From Candidatus Latescibacterota bacterium (GTDB lineage Bacteria; Latescibacterota; UBA2968): a stretch of DNA of 64,000 nt. Position 1 is the stretch's first letter, and every line of letters starts with the position of its first letter. Shown here one piece after another: positions 32,201 through 42,400 of the stretch. The position numbers and the translations under genes are program-made. A model generated the notes under the pieces. That model ran no database searches. It saw nothing but the letters and a program-made list of their open reading frames with translations, and was not told the DNA's origin. Location of the stretch: the NCBI GenBank assembly GCA_965222605.1, contig OZ244960.1:4704001-4768000 (forward strand), written 5' to 3'.

Positions 32201-33788
32201 GCGGGTTGGTCACCTGGGCAAAGAGCTGTTTGAAGTAGTTGTAGAGCAGGTGTGGTTTGTTAGACAATACCGCCAGGGGCGCGTCGTTGCCCATTGATCC
32301 GACGGGATCGCGCCCGATTTTGGACATGGGGCCAACAAAAATTTTGAGGTCTTCAAACGTGTAGCCAAAAGCCTGTTGCCGCGTGAGCACTTCGGCGTGA
32401 TTTGTAGGGGGTGCAATAGGTGCGACTGCGGGCAGGTTTTTGAGTGGAATGAGATGGTCGTCGAGCCATTGCTGGTAGGGATATTCGGAGACCATTGACT
32501 GTTTGACTTCGTCATCGGAAATGATGCGGCCCTTTTTTGTATCGACGAGGAGGATGCGACCGGGTTGCAATCGACCTTTGTAAGCGATGCGCTCGGGTTC
32601 TAATTCGCAGACACCCGCCTCGGAACTGAGGATGAGCAGGTCGTCTTTGGTGACGTAATAACGCGAAGGACGCAAGCCATTGCGGTCGAGGCAGGCACCC
32701 ACGACTTCGCCATCGGTAAAGCCAATAGAAGCCGGGCCATCCCAGGGTTCCATGAGACAGGAATGGTATTCGTAGAAGGCGCGCCTTTCGGGACTCATAC
32801 TCTCGTGATTTTCCCAGGGTTCGGGAATCATCATGACGGCTGCGTGCGCCATTGAGCGGCCAGATAGAGACAAAAATTCAAAACAGTTGTCAAAGATTGC
32901 GGAATCCGAGCCGTCTTCGTAGAGTATGGGAGATATTTTTTGTATGTCGTCGCCCCAAAGCTCTGAAGACAGCATGGCCTGTCGGGTTTTCATCCAGTTT
33001 TGATTCCCGCGCAGGGTATTGATTTCACCGTTGTGAATGAGGTAGCGATAGGGGTGCGACCGTTCCCAGGAGGGAAAGGTGTTGGTGGAAAACCGGGAAT
33101 GCACGAGGACAATCGCGGCTTCCATGCGATGATCTTGCAGGTCGGGATAAAATTCGGGCACCTGCATGGGCGTGAGCATGCCTTTGTACACAATGGTGCG
33201 CGACGACAAGCTGGAGATGTAAAAATTCTCGTCGTGTCCGGCATAGCGGATAGTATTGGTGGCGCGCTTGCGAATGACATAGAGTTTGCGTTCAAATGCC
33301 ATTGGGTCGGGCAAGTCGGCACTGCGATCGATAAAAATTTGCCACACAACGGGTTCACAGGATCTGGAGGTGAGGCCCAGATAGAAGTTGTCGGTAGGCA
33401 CTTTGCGCCAGCCAAGGACTTTCTGCCCCTCTTCTTTGACAATATCCTCAATGATTTGACGCGTTTTTCGGCGAATGGACCGATCCTCGTCATCGGTCAT
33501 AAAAATCATGCCGACACCGTAGTGACCGGGATCTGGTATATCGATGCCAACTCCATTGCAGGCGTGTTCAAAGAATCGGTGTGGAATTTGCATCAAAATG
33601 CCAGCGCCGTCGCCCGTGTTGTCTTCGGCGCCGCGTGCGCCCCGGTGGTCGAGACAGACAAGGGATTCGAGGGCCATTTTGACGATCTGGTTGGATTTTT
33701 CGCCTTTGATATTCACGACAAATCCAATGCCACAGGCGTCGCGTTCGTATTTGGGATTGTAGAGTCCGTGCTTGCGAGGATATGCCAT
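29214..33788 (-). CDS. gltB: Glutamate synthase large subunit
   Basis: [39 protein letters not shown] and GXGXG C-terminal domain. Confidence 0.98.
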   Translation of the reverse strand: MAYPRKHGLYNPKYERDACGIGFVVNIKGEKSNQIVKMALESLVCLDHRGARGAEDNTGDGAGILMQIPHRFFEHACNGVGIDIPDPGHYGVGMIFMTDDEDRSIRRKTRQIIEDIVKEEGQKVLGWRKVPTDNFYLGLTSRSCEPVVWQIFIDRSADLPDPMAFERKLYVIRKRATNTIRYAGHDENFYISSLSSRTIVYKGMLTPMQVPEFYPDLQDHRMEAAIVLVHSRFSTNTFPSWERSHPYRYLIHNGEINTLRGNQNWMKTRQAMLSSELWGDDIQKISPILYEDGSDSAIFDNCFEFLSLSGRSMAHAAVMMIPEPWENHESMSPERRAFYEYHSCLMEPWDGPASIGFTDGEVVGACLDRNGLRPSRYYVTKDDLLILSSEAGVCELEPERIAYKGRLQPGRILLVDTKKGRIISDDEVKQSMVSEYPYQQWLDDHLIPLKNLPAVAPIAPPTNHAEVLTRQQAFGYTFEDLKIFVGPMSKIGRDPVGSMGNDAPLAVLSNKPHLLYNYFKQLFAQVTNPPLDPLKEEVITSADATIGPERNLLIPEPESCRQIHLDTPILTNEELEQLRHADRPGLKATTIPMLFDVADGEAGLEKAMHKLCAEADKAIDDGYTILILSDRGVDKDRAPIPALLAMSGLHHHLIREGKRTKVGIALETGEPREVHHFCLLIGYGAQAINPYIAYESLADMIAEKQLTDISYRDAVKGYVKSATKGVVKVMAKMGISTIKSYRGAQIFEAVGISKNIVDQYFTWTDSRIDGIGLDVIAREALMRHRDAYPEISVNGSTLDVGGHFQWRQGGEYHLFNPLTIHKLQHATRINDYDVYKEYAVLIDQQAKNLATLRGLLDFNYASEPISIDEVEPVEAITRRFKSGAMSYGSISKEAHEALAIAMNRLGGKSNTGEGGEDPARYTLEPNGDSKNSAIKQVASGRFGVTSYYLVNAKELQIKMAQGAKPGEGGELPSKKVYPWIATVRHSTPGVELISPPPHHDIYSIEDLAQLIHDLKNANHHARINVKLVAEINVGIVAAGVSKGHGDVVLISGLDGGTGASPQTSIKHAGLPWELGVAETHQTLVLNNLRSRIVVETDGQLKTGRDVIIAALLGAEEFGFATTALVAMGCIMMRVCHLDTCPVGVATQHPELRKKFMGDPDQVVNFLRFIAQDMREIMAQLGVRTIDELIGRTDLLHQAKTDHWKAKYLDLSPILEKPDADPEIGRYCQIEQDHGLENAMDNQILLELCEPALKDGSKVHAKFDIKNTNRVVGTILGSEITRRFGPDGLPEDTIDITFEGSAGQSFAAFTPPGITFRLEGDANDYFGKGLCGSKLIVYPRKGSTFKAEDNIIIGNVSFYGATNGQAFIRGQAGERFCVRNSGVSAVVEGIGDHGCEYMTGGMAVILGKTGRNFAAGMSGGIAYVLDEDGDFHIRCNPELVDLEPVQNHEDIEELKSMITKHADYTESNVAQHILVHWDDMLPKFIKVFPKPYKRILSAYETAQQEGLKGEDAWLEAFRQGVEVEA

Positions 33789-33805
33789 AAAGTATATTCC
33801 TTTTG

Positions 33806-33829
33806 AACGGGGCTGGACATCGCCCCGTT
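33806..33829 (-). promoter_or_regulatory. 8-bp hairpin immediately upstream of the gltB Shine-Dalgarno
   Basis: AACGGGGC-N8-GCCCCGTT. Confidence 0.45.
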
Positions 33830-33862
33830 TAACACCGCTTCACGCTTTGATCACAGGGCGCG

Positions 33863-33896
33863 AAAATGCCAGAACCGCGATCCGGCCCTGGCATTT
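33863..33896 (-). terminator. Terminator-like hairpin after the ferredoxin gene
   Basis: AAATGCCAG...CTGGCATTT stem. Confidence 0.55.
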
Positions 33897-33922
33897 GAAA
33901 ACCGGTTGTTTCAATTCAGACG

Positions 33923-34186
33923 CTAATCAAAAGCGACTTCATTGATTTCGATGTACTCTGTCCATTCGTCGGGCGTGTCTTCTTCGGCGAAGATCGCTTC
34001 AACTGGGCATTCGGGTTCACAAGCTCCACAGTCGATGCACTCTTCGGGATGAATATAGAGCATATTGAGACGTTCATCTTCCGGCAAATCGGTTGCGTCG
34101 GGTTCGTAGATGCAGTCCACTGGACAGACTTCCACACAGGACCTGTCCATAACATCAATGCATGGCTCGGCAATAATATAGGCCAT
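33923..34186 (-). CDS. FdxA-type dicluster ferredoxin
   Basis: MAYIIAEPC...CVEVCPVDC...[12 protein letters not shown]; GGGGAA RBS. Confidence 0.93.
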   Translation of the reverse strand: MAYIIAEPCIDVMDRSCVEVCPVDCIYEPDATDLPEDERLNMLYIHPEECIDCGACEPECPVEAIFAEEDTPDEWTEYIEINEVAFD

Positions 34187-34239
34187 TTTTAATTCCCCTT
34201 CCTTACAATTGCGAATCTCATTCGATATTGGTCTTGCCA

Positions 34240-34267
34240 AATATACTTATTTGGTTAGCTTTGTCAA
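34240..34267 (-). promoter_or_regulatory. Sigma70-like promoter for ferredoxin
   Basis: TTGACA-N16-TATATT. Confidence 0.5.
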
Positions 34268-34320
34268 GTATTGTAAGTTAAAATTATGATTGCAGATACA
34301 CAAAAGAAGAATTTTTACTT

Positions 34321-34884
34321 TTAGGACAGATTTTCGAGGAGTTTTGCGACAGGCCAATCGCCCTCGGCGCGAATGTCGAGGGTGAATCTTTGCCTGGTAT
34401 CTTTTCTCCGTTTGGCAATCACCTCTGAACCGTCGTAAAGCTGGTGTAAAAACGCCTGCAGGTCGTCATTTATGGCGTTGTGCGTGTTTTTGGTATTAGG
34501 GGCATTGAGGCGGTCGTTGAGGATGAGCCTGAGTTCATTTCCCTGGAACACGACCGCTTCTTCTACTTCGAGTCGCCGACAGGTTTCACAGGCCGCGCGA
34601 ACCGCAGCAGATAATTGCTGTGCAAAACCACCTCCGTTGGGTTGCTTGCGGTTGTAGAGCAGGCCGCGTTTTGCGTCTGTGTCATCAATACTGATGTCGT
34701 ATTCGTGACCAAGGAGCAGGGTTACAGGGCCATTGGGTACGTGACTGTAATCGGCTACGTCGAGTAGCACATCTGACCCATTGTGTGCAGAAATCCAATT
34801 GTTAAAGGTTTTAAACCATGTTTCAGGCGCGATATTGTGCCCCTGATCGAGATAAAATTTGACACTGATTTTATGGGTTGGCAT
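34321..34884 (-). CDS. Conserved hypothetical protein downstream of the nitrite/sulfite reductase
   Basis: 187 aa ORF with LLDVADYSHV...GP and NDRLNAPN segments; co-oriented with the reductase. Confidence 0.7.
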   Translation of the reverse strand: MPTHKISVKFYLDQGHNIAPETWFKTFNNWISAHNGSDVLLDVADYSHVPNGPVTLLLGHEYDISIDDTDAKRGLLYNRKQPNGGGFAQQLSAAVRAACETCRRLEVEEAVVFQGNELRLILNDRLNAPNTKNTHNAINDDLQAFLHQLYDGSEVIAKRRKDTRQRFTLDIRAEGDWPVAKLLENLS

Positions 34885-34917
34885 AAATGACTCGTTAATA
34901 TGGAAACAGGAGGCTAA

Positions 34918-37140
34918 TTACACCACATTCATTTGACCATAACAGGCATAGGCTTCTTCGATGAAGAGTTGCGCTTCTTCAACGACCTGGTGGGCAATGT
35001 CGCGGGTGTATTCGGCAACTTCCTCTTCGTGAACGCGGAAGAGATAATTGGCAAATTTTGCGCCGGCAAACTGGTTGTAGAACAACTCGGTATCGCAAAA
35101 GCGCGTGCGAAATTCTTCGACAATGGCATCTTCGGGTACGTCGAGAAACTGCGTTTTGACCAGTGCTTTGGCGGCGTGCAACATGGCGTTGAAAGCCGTT
35201 TTGTACGCGGCTTCGTAGTCGCCTTCCTCCAGGTGAATCTGCGATTCAAAGGATTCGGTTTCGCAGCCAGACAGTTCAAATTGCACCAGTGAAACCACTT
35301 CGCCAGCGCATTCGCCTTTGCCCATATCGCCGATGGTAAATTCGCGTATGTCGCCCCAGTCCGTATAGTAGGAGGCGTCGATTTCATGTGCGGGAACTTG
35401 CGTGAGGCCCTGAAGCAGTTCTTTGACGTCTTTTTTTCCGATGCGCTGAATATAGGCCTGGAAGCTTTCGTCTTTTTCGCGGTTTTCAACGTAATCGCCG
35501 GTGATGCGTTCGATGACGGCCGGAATATTTTTTGAAGGGATAGCACCCATGGCCAGGCCGTAAGAGGCCGCATTTTCGGTCCATTGTCCGCCGAGTACGA
35601 CCTGGAAGTGCGGCACGGTATAGCCATTGATTCTTCGGCTGTTGCCGTAAAAGCCGAGATCGGCTACGTGGTGTTGACCACAGGAGTTAAAACATCCGCT
35701 GATTTTGATGCGGAAGTTTTTGATGGCGTCGTCGAGTTGGAGATTCTGTTGCGCCAATTGCGTTCGCAACTCCGCTGCGAGACCTCGCGACGAGGAAATA
35801 CCCAATTTGCAGGTGTCGGTGCCCGGGCAGGCGGTGACATCGACAATGGTGCCAGCTCCGGCTTCGGCCAGCCCCAGTTCACAAAGGTCATTGTAGAGTG
35901 AAATGACATCGGATTCGCTGACCCATCGAAAAATGATGTTTTGCTCGACGGTGGCGCGAATGGTGTCTTTGACGTATTTGCGCGCGATATCGGCCAGATT
36001 TTTCATCTGTTCGGATGTGATATCCCCCAGAGGTAGGCATATTGTTGCGACGACATAGCCTTCCTGCCGTTGTTTGTAGATGTTGGTTTCTGCCCAGGCA
36101 TCAAAGGCTTCGGGACGCATAACCCCATTGAGGGGGGCAGCGATTTTGAGGGGTTCTTCCCCGTAGGCATCCAGGTCATCGAGATAGGCTGTCCACGCGG
36201 GGTCTTCGGGCAGGATTTTGCGTTCTTCTTTGACCAGGCGAGCAAATTCTTCGATGCCGAGTTTGGCGACGAGAAATTTGATGCGCGCACGGGCGCGATT
36301 TTGTTTTTCACCCAGGCGAGCAAAAACGCGGCATATTGCCTGTGCTGTGGGCAGGAGTTCTTCGGGGGGTAGAAATTCCGAGTAGAGCTTGGCCTGGTGG
36401 GGCACGGCGCCCAAACCGCCGCCGACGTAGGTTTCGAACCCGCGTTTGCCGTCTTTGATGCGTGCGATCATGCCCATGTCGTGCATGCTGGTCAAACCGC
36501 ATGCTTCCTGGGCGCATCCGGAAAAGGCGATTTTGAATTTGCGACCAAAGTCCTGGCAGTCGGGATGCCCAAGAAGGAATTGGGCGAGGGCATGAGAATA
36601 CGGCGTGACATCGAATGTTTCGGTGTGACACACACCCGAAAGCGGACAGGCCGTGACATTGCGGATGGAGTTTCCGCAGGCTTCGCGGGTGGTGATGCCC
36701 ACGGAGGCGAGGCGGCGCATGAGGTCGGGTGTGTCTTCGATGTGTACGTAGTGTATTTGAATATCCTGGCGGGTGGTGATGTGCAATATGCCGTCAGAAT
36801 ATTCTTCGGCTATGTCGGCCAAGACTTCCATTTGATCGGTGGTCAGGCCGCCATAAGGGATTTTGATGCGCTGCATACCCGGCGCATCCCAGACCGTGTC
36901 TGGCCCTTTGAAGAGGTCGCCGCTGGGATAGTGAAGGGGTTTGGTTATTTGACCGTCAAAGCGTTGCCCATTGTCGTATCGCTGGCCGTAAACACCGCGG
37001 CGAAGACGGGTTTCGGCAAAGACGCGGTCGTCAATTTGGCCCTGTTTTTTTTGTTCGATCTGCGCTTCAAACGTATCGATTTCGGTACTTAGATCTTCCG
37101 GGATCAGATCGCGCAATTCTTCTTTCCAATTCGCGTTCAT
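34918..37140 (-). CDS. Ferredoxin-dependent siroheme nitrite/sulfite reductase with C-terminal HEPN-like helical domain
   Basis: HITTRQ, RKFKIAFSGC, ACPGTDTCKLG and ISGCFNSCGQH motifs; C-terminal AFNAMLHAAKAL. Confidence 0.88.
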   Translation of the reverse strand: MNANWKEELRDLIPEDLSTEIDTFEAQIEQKKQGQIDDRVFAETRLRRGVYGQRYDNGQRFDGQITKPLHYPSGDLFKGPDTVWDAPGMQRIKIPYGGLTTDQMEVLADIAEEYSDGILHITTRQDIQIHYVHIEDTPDLMRRLASVGITTREACGNSIRNVTACPLSGVCHTETFDVTPYSHALAQFLLGHPDCQDFGRKFKIAFSGCAQEACGLTSMHDMGMIARIKDGKRGFETYVGGGLGAVPHQAKLYSEFLPPEELLPTAQAICRVFARLGEKQNRARARIKFLVAKLGIEEFARLVKEERKILPEDPAWTAYLDDLDAYGEEPLKIAAPLNGVMRPEAFDAWAETNIYKQRQEGYVVATICLPLGDITSEQMKNLADIARKYVKDTIRATVEQNIIFRWVSESDVISLYNDLCELGLAEAGAGTIVDVTACPGTDTCKLGISSSRGLAAELRTQLAQQNLQLDDAIKNFRIKISGCFNSCGQHHVADLGFYGNSRRINGYTVPHFQVVLGGQWTENAASYGLAMGAIPSKNIPAVIERITGDYVENREKDESFQAYIQRIGKKDVKELLQGLTQVPAHEIDASYYTDWGDIREFTIGDMGKGECAGEVVSLVQFELSGCETESFESQIHLEEGDYEAAYKTAFNAMLHAAKALVKTQFLDVPEDAIVEEFRTRFCDTELFYNQFAGAKFANYLFRVHEEEVAEYTRDIAHQVVEEAQLFIEEAYACYGQMNVV

Positions 37141-37195
37141 AATATACCACCTGTGGCGGAGATTTTTGGTTGAGCAGGATCAAAAATGAATGTGA

Positions 37196-37223
37196 AACTT
37201 AGTGTATTATGGGGATTTGTCAA
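37196..37223 (-). promoter_or_regulatory. Sigma70-like promoter for the reductase
   Basis: TTGACA-N16-TAAGTT. Confidence 0.4.
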
Positions 37224-37249
37224 GGGTAAAAGGTAAGACGTAAGAGGCA

Positions 37250-38260
37250 TTATCCCCCGATTTGATACATTTCGATTTTGCGAGTTGCAGGGGTGTGATT
37301 AGAGCGGATTTCGGAGTAGCGGTCTGTGCGGCGGCGCCATATCCGGGCGATCTGGTCTCGCAGATGGGCGTTGGACGCACCTCGTCTCAGGCCATCGCGC
37401 AGATCTGTTCCCTCTGAAGCGAAGAGACAGGTGTAGAGTTTGCCGTCGGTGGATAAGCGCGCGCGCGTACAGTCGCCGCAAAAGGGCTGCGTGACAGAGG
37501 CGATGATGCCGATTTCACCGCCGCCGTCGAGATAGCGATAGCGTTTTGCGACTTCGCCTGTGTAGTTGGGGTCGAGGGGTTCGAGAGGTAAGATAGTGTG
37601 AATGCGGTCGATAATTTCTGTGGCGGGCACGACCTGATCCAGATTCCAGTTGTTGCGATTGCCCACGTCCATAAACTCGATGAATCGCAGGATGTGTCCC
37701 GTGTTGTGGAAGTGTTGTGCGAGGTCGATAACGAGGCGATCGTTGATGCCTTTTTGAACGACTGCGTTGATTTTTATGGCCTGAAAGCCCGCCTTTTCAG
37801 CCGCGCGGATGCCTTCGAGCACGCGCTCGGTGCCATGGGTGCGACCGCTCATGCGATTAAATGTCTGGTCGTCAATCGCATCGAGGCTCACGGTGAGCCG
37901 GTTCAGGCCGGCGTCTTTGAGGCCCTGCGCTTTGTCGGCGAGGAGATAGCCGTTGGTGGTGAGGGTGAGGTCTTGAATACCCGAGATCTGCGACAGTTTG
38001 GCGATGAGGGTTTCGAGGTCTCGGCGCAGGAGGGGTTCACCGCCGGTGACGCGAATTTTGGTGACGCCGAGATCGACAAAAATTCTGGCGAGGCGGGTGA
38101 TTTCTTCAAAGGTGAGGATTTCTGCTTTGGGAAGAAATTCGTACTTTTCGCCAAAAATCTCGGCAGGCATGCAATAGGGACAGCGAAAATTGCATTTGTC
38201 GGTGACCGAAATACGCAGGTCGCGGATGGGGCGTTGCAAGGTGTCGAGGAGATCGGACAT
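37250..38260 (-). CDS. moaA: GTP 3',8-cyclase (molybdenum cofactor biosynthesis)
   Basis: LRISVTDKCNFRCPYC, FCGDCTRARL and terminal MYQIGG motifs. Confidence 0.97.
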   Translation of the reverse strand: MSDLLDTLQRPIRDLRISVTDKCNFRCPYCMPAEIFGEKYEFLPKAEILTFEEITRLARIFVDLGVTKIRVTGGEPLLRRDLETLIAKLSQISGIQDLTLTTNGYLLADKAQGLKDAGLNRLTVSLDAIDDQTFNRMSGRTHGTERVLEGIRAAEKAGFQAIKINAVVQKGINDRLVIDLAQHFHNTGHILRFIEFMDVGNRNNWNLDQVVPATEIIDRIHTILPLEPLDPNYTGEVAKRYRYLDGGGEIGIIASVTQPFCGDCTRARLSTDGKLYTCLFASEGTDLRDGLRRGASNAHLRDQIARIWRRRTDRYSEIRSNHTPATRKIEMYQIGG

Positions 38261-38263
38261 TGG

Positions 38264-38295
38264 AATTAAAAATTAAAAATTAAAAATTAAAAATT
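38264..38295. repeat. Heptamer tandem repeat (AATTAAA) x ~4.6
   Basis: Seen directly; ends 3 bp before the moaA ATG. Confidence 0.9.
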
Positions 38296-38341
38296 GATGT
38301 CGCGATTGATCATTGTTTGGCAAGAGACTTAAAATAGCCGC

Positions 38342-39352
38342 TTAGAATTTCAAGATGGTCCACACGGGCACGTGATCCGAGGCAAAGTCGCCGCGTCTGG
38401 TATAGACGATTTCATCGCCGGAGAAGCTGATGCGCGAGCGAGTGCCCTTCACGGCTTCGGCGTGGGTGAAAACGCCCGATGAGAGGACGTGGTCCTTCAG
38501 GTTTTGGGATACGAGGATTTGGTCACAAAGGATCGCTTTGACTTTGACGTCTTGCGCAAAATTGTGGGGTTTTCCCCGCCATTTGTTATTCTCTGCGCGG
38601 GCACCCGAGACCATGGGATCGAAGGTATCGCTTTCGACTTTTTCGTAGAGATCATGGTATCCATAAGAACAATAGTCCCGCGCCAACATGGCTTCGGATG
38701 TGTTGTGGAGAAACGCATCGGGCACCTGGTCGATTCCGGGAAGTGCGTCGGGATTGCCGTATTCGAGAATGTTGAGCGAGCGGTCGTCGGGATTGTCGTT
38801 GAAATCGCCGAGCAATACAATGTGGTCGTATTTCACGCGGCTGGTGAGATAACTCATGGTCGCGCTATCTTCTCTGCGCGCGTTGGTTTTGTCGCGCCCA
38901 CCCGATCGCGATTTGGCGTGGTGAACCAGAACAATTAAGCGGCGGCCATATCCATCGACATAAGCCTGGAGCAAGTCGCGCTTTCGGGGAAATGCGTGGT
39001 CGTGTACTTTTTCTGGAAAGACCATTTTCAGATCGGTAATTTCAAATGGCTCGCGCACGGCTATGGCGAGTTCCTGGAGTTCTTCGGGATCATCGAGCAT
39101 GCCAATGGTATAGTTGTCGGGCAAAATGCGCTCGAGCGCAGATTTCGATTGGATTTCCTGAAAGCCGATGATGTCTGCATTGAGTTCGCGCATAACTGTT
39201 TGCAGGCGTTCCTGTCGCGCGTCGGAAATGCCATCGTCGAGCCAATAGATATTGTAAGTCGCAATCTTGATCTCGGCGGGCTGTGGGCCACACGCAAAAA
39301 ATAGAAGCAGAATCAGGGAGGCGAGATATGTTTTCCACACTCGTTTTTGCAT
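38342..39352 (-). CDS. Endonuclease/exonuclease/phosphatase family lipoprotein
   Basis: Lipobox LFFAC; ATYN, GFQE, LGDFND and SDHVPV motifs; GGAG RBS before ATG 39352. Confidence 0.85.
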   Translation of the reverse strand: MQKRVWKTYLASLILLLFFACGPQPAEIKIATYNIYWLDDGISDARQERLQTVMRELNADIIGFQEIQSKSALERILPDNYTIGMLDDPEELQELAIAVREPFEITDLKMVFPEKVHDHAFPRKRDLLQAYVDGYGRRLIVLVHHAKSRSGGRDKTNARREDSATMSYLTSRVKYDHIVLLGDFNDNPDDRSLNILEYGNPDALPGIDQVPDAFLHNTSEAMLARDYCSYGYHDLYEKVESDTFDPMVSGARAENNKWRGKPHNFAQDVKVKAILCDQILVSQNLKDHVLSSGVFTHAEAVKGTRSRISFSGDEIVYTRRGDFASDHVPVWTILKF

Positions 39353-39410
39353 GTAATTCTCCGAATAGGGAATAGGTATGGCTATCTGCTTCATAATATA
39401 CACGATTGCG

Positions 39411-39449
39411 AAAAAAATAAAAGGGCGACGGTATAAACCGCCGCCCTTT
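39411..39449 (-). terminator. Rho-independent terminator after smc
   Basis: AAAGGGCGGCGGT/ACCGTCGCCCTTT stem followed by a T-run. Confidence 0.8.
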
Positions 39450-39471
39450 GTACATTGTCTGAGGTCGGGAA

Positions 39472-42400
39472 TCAATCGTCATCTGCGGGTTGTGCCACGG
39501 CTTCGGCGAACGAGGCGATATCATTGACCTGGTTTTCGCTATTGTTGGACATTTTGACGGAAACGAGCCTGGAGACGCCGGGTTCTTCCATGGTTACGCC
39601 GTGCAGGATTTCGCCAGATTCCATCGTCCCTCTGTTGTGGGTGACAACGATGAACTGCGACTGTTCGGAGAATTTTTTGATGACTTTGACAAAGCGCGCG
39701 ATATTGGCATCATCGAGGGGCGCATCGACTTCGTCGAGGACGCAAAAGGGACTGGGTTTGACCAGATAAATTGCAAAGAGAAGGGCAATGGCCGTCAGCG
39801 CGCGTTCGCCACCCGAAAGCAGGTTAATGCTCTGAAGGCGTTTGCCCCATGGCCGGGCTGTGATGATGATGGGGGCCTCGAGGGGATCTTCTTCGGGCGG
39901 CATAGTCAGGTCGGCTTCGCCGCCTTCAAAAAATTCCTGGAATGTGTTCTGGAAGTTTTCTCGAATGCTACCAAAGGTATTGAGAAAGCGCTGGCGCGCC
40001 GTGCGATCGATACGCGTGATGGTGCGCTTGACAATTTCTTCGGCCTCCAAAAGGTCGTCGCGCTGTTGCGTGAGAAATTCAAGACGTTCTTTTTGAACTT
40101 CGTACTCTTCGAGTGCTGCCAGGTTGACAGATCCCATGCGCCGCATACGCTCTTGCAGTTCGTGGGTCTTTTTTTCGGCCATATCCGCGTTAAATTCGGG
40201 ATCTCGAAAACGTCCCTGTTCGGCAATAGCGACTTCGTAATCTCGTTTGAGGCGTTCGATAATCCCTTCGCCGCGCTCTTTGATGTGCGCCATGGCGACC
40301 TGAAGTTCGCTTAAACGCTCGCGGTGTTGTGTTGTGCGGCGGTTCTTTTCGCGCAATTTTTCTTCAATGGCACGCGCCGCCATCACGATTTCGTGTTGTC
40401 TGCGTGCTTGTGCATCGCGTTTGTGTTCAATGTGGGATTGTTGCTTGTGCAGGACTTCGAGTTCGCCGGACGCTGTTCCGATGCTTTCTTCGCGTTCTCG
40501 TTTGCGGTCTTGGCTCTCATCAGCCTCGGCGGACAATCGCTCGATTTCGCGGGAAATGGCTTCGTGCTCTCGACCCTGGCGCACGGCTTCATGTGCGAGG
40601 CTTTCGATGCGTTCTTTCAAAGAAGCGATTTCCACGCGCACAGCGGCGACGCCATCTTGAAGTACGCGCCGTTGGTTTTCTTTTTCGCGCAAGTCTTCAT
40701 CCGCACGGCGAACTATATCTTCGAGGGTCTCGCGTTTGGCATCGAGCTTTGTTTGTTCCTCCTCTGCCTGGGAAATCAAATGCATCAATTCGCTTTCGCG
40801 CTCGGCAAGTTGTGAGGTCTCCTGGTCGAGTTCTGTCACTGCCCGAGCCTGGCGTTTGGCTTCTGTTTCGGCATTTTGCCGGTCTCTTTGAAGGCCCGCG
40901 CGGCGGTTGTGCAAATCGGCCAATGCGTTATCGCATGCCTCAATTTGCGCGAGGTGTTTGTCGAGCGTTTTGAGCGTGCGTGCCACTTGTGTTTCGCGCG
41001 TTTTGAGCTTGGATTGGGCGGATTTTATAGCCGACTGAAGGTCGTCAATTTGTTGCTGGCGACCGATGAGGCCCGATTCTGAGGTTGCATCTGCGCCGCC
41101 GTAAACCGTGCCATCAGCAGAAAAAACTTCGCCGCTGAGTGTCACAATCTCAGCGCCTTTGGCATGCAGGTCTCCACTGTGAACAAGCGCGGTTTGTGCA
41201 TCGCTTACAATCAAGGTGTGGCGCAACAGCGCGGATACGGCACCGTGTACATCGCGCTGTGGGTTTAACAGATCGCTTGCCAGCCCGACAATCCCTTCTC
41301 CTTTGGGGACTTCGCAAGGTGTGCCATTGGTAGAGATGACGCGTTCGAGGGGCAAAAATGCGGCTGCGCCGTGCTCTCCTTGTCTGAGAAAATCAATGGC
41401 CCAACGCGCGTCGTCGGTATTGCGTACGATTAGACATTCCAGTGCCCGTCCCAGCGCGGCTTCAATGGCGGTGACATATTCGGGATTGACATCAACCATG
41501 TCGGCGACTACGCCCTGTATGCGATTGGAAAAAGGCGAATCCACGGCCAGAGCGCGCACGCCTTTGGAATAGCCTTCAAAGCCTTCTCTCAGTTTTTGGA
41601 GGAGGGCGATTCGCGCCTGGTCGGCTTCGATATTTGCGCGCAAGCGGTTGCGCGATTCGATTTGTTCGTCTCGCTGGGCAATACAGCGATCTCGCCCTGC
41701 GATCTGTTGCTGACGCTCTTCTGTGTGTTGGGCAATTTGACCTTCAACTGCGGCGATTTGTGCCGCGGACTGATTGGCGATTTCGTCGGCTTCCTGGCGG
41801 CGCGCAGCCACGCGCTCAATATCCTGGGTCAAACGCGCCTGTCGCTGCACGATGCCCTCGCGCTCGGCCTGCATGCGCTCGAGGCCCTTGCCCTGATCGC
41901 TGCTTTGGCGCAACTGGTTCATCAACTGAGATTTTTGGGCATCGACTTGTGTGCGCTGTGTGTCCAGATCCCGGATTTCCGCTTCGAGTTTGGCGGTTTC
42001 CGCTTCGAGCTTTGCTTCTGCGGCTTCGAGTTTTTTGGCGGCTTCACGCCTGTCTTGTTCTGCGGCTATTTGGCCTTTTTGGGCGCTGTCGAGACGCAAT
42101 TTGAGCGATTTTTGCTGATGCGCGGCGCGTTCTAAAAACGCCTGAATGCTGCGTACCTCTTCGCGTGCAACGAGTATTTCGCTGTCTTTGCCGTGTACGC
42201 GCTCGATGTGTTGCGATAGCTCGATATTGACCTCGGCCAGTGCGCGGTCCTGATCGGTTAGTTCGACGCGCATTTCTTCGAGTTGGGCTTCGAGGGTGGT
42301 CATGTTGGTTTCTGAAATTTCGATGTCTTCTTTGAGGAAGACCATTTCCTCGCGCATCGGCCCAGACTGGTCGGCCAGATCGAAGTATTGGAATCGCGCC

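Noticed and set aside
38261-38341. Moco riboswitch upstream of moaA
   Set aside because: The spacer is too short and mostly AT repeat; no structured motif is visible.
39353-39475. N-terminal extension of the EEP ORF
   Set aside because: It runs through the smc terminator; the lipoprotein start at 39352 has an RBS.
41969-42029. Short repeats in smc (TTCCGCTTCGAG x2)
   Set aside because: These encode coiled-coil heptads (KLEA repeats) and are an ordinary coding feature.
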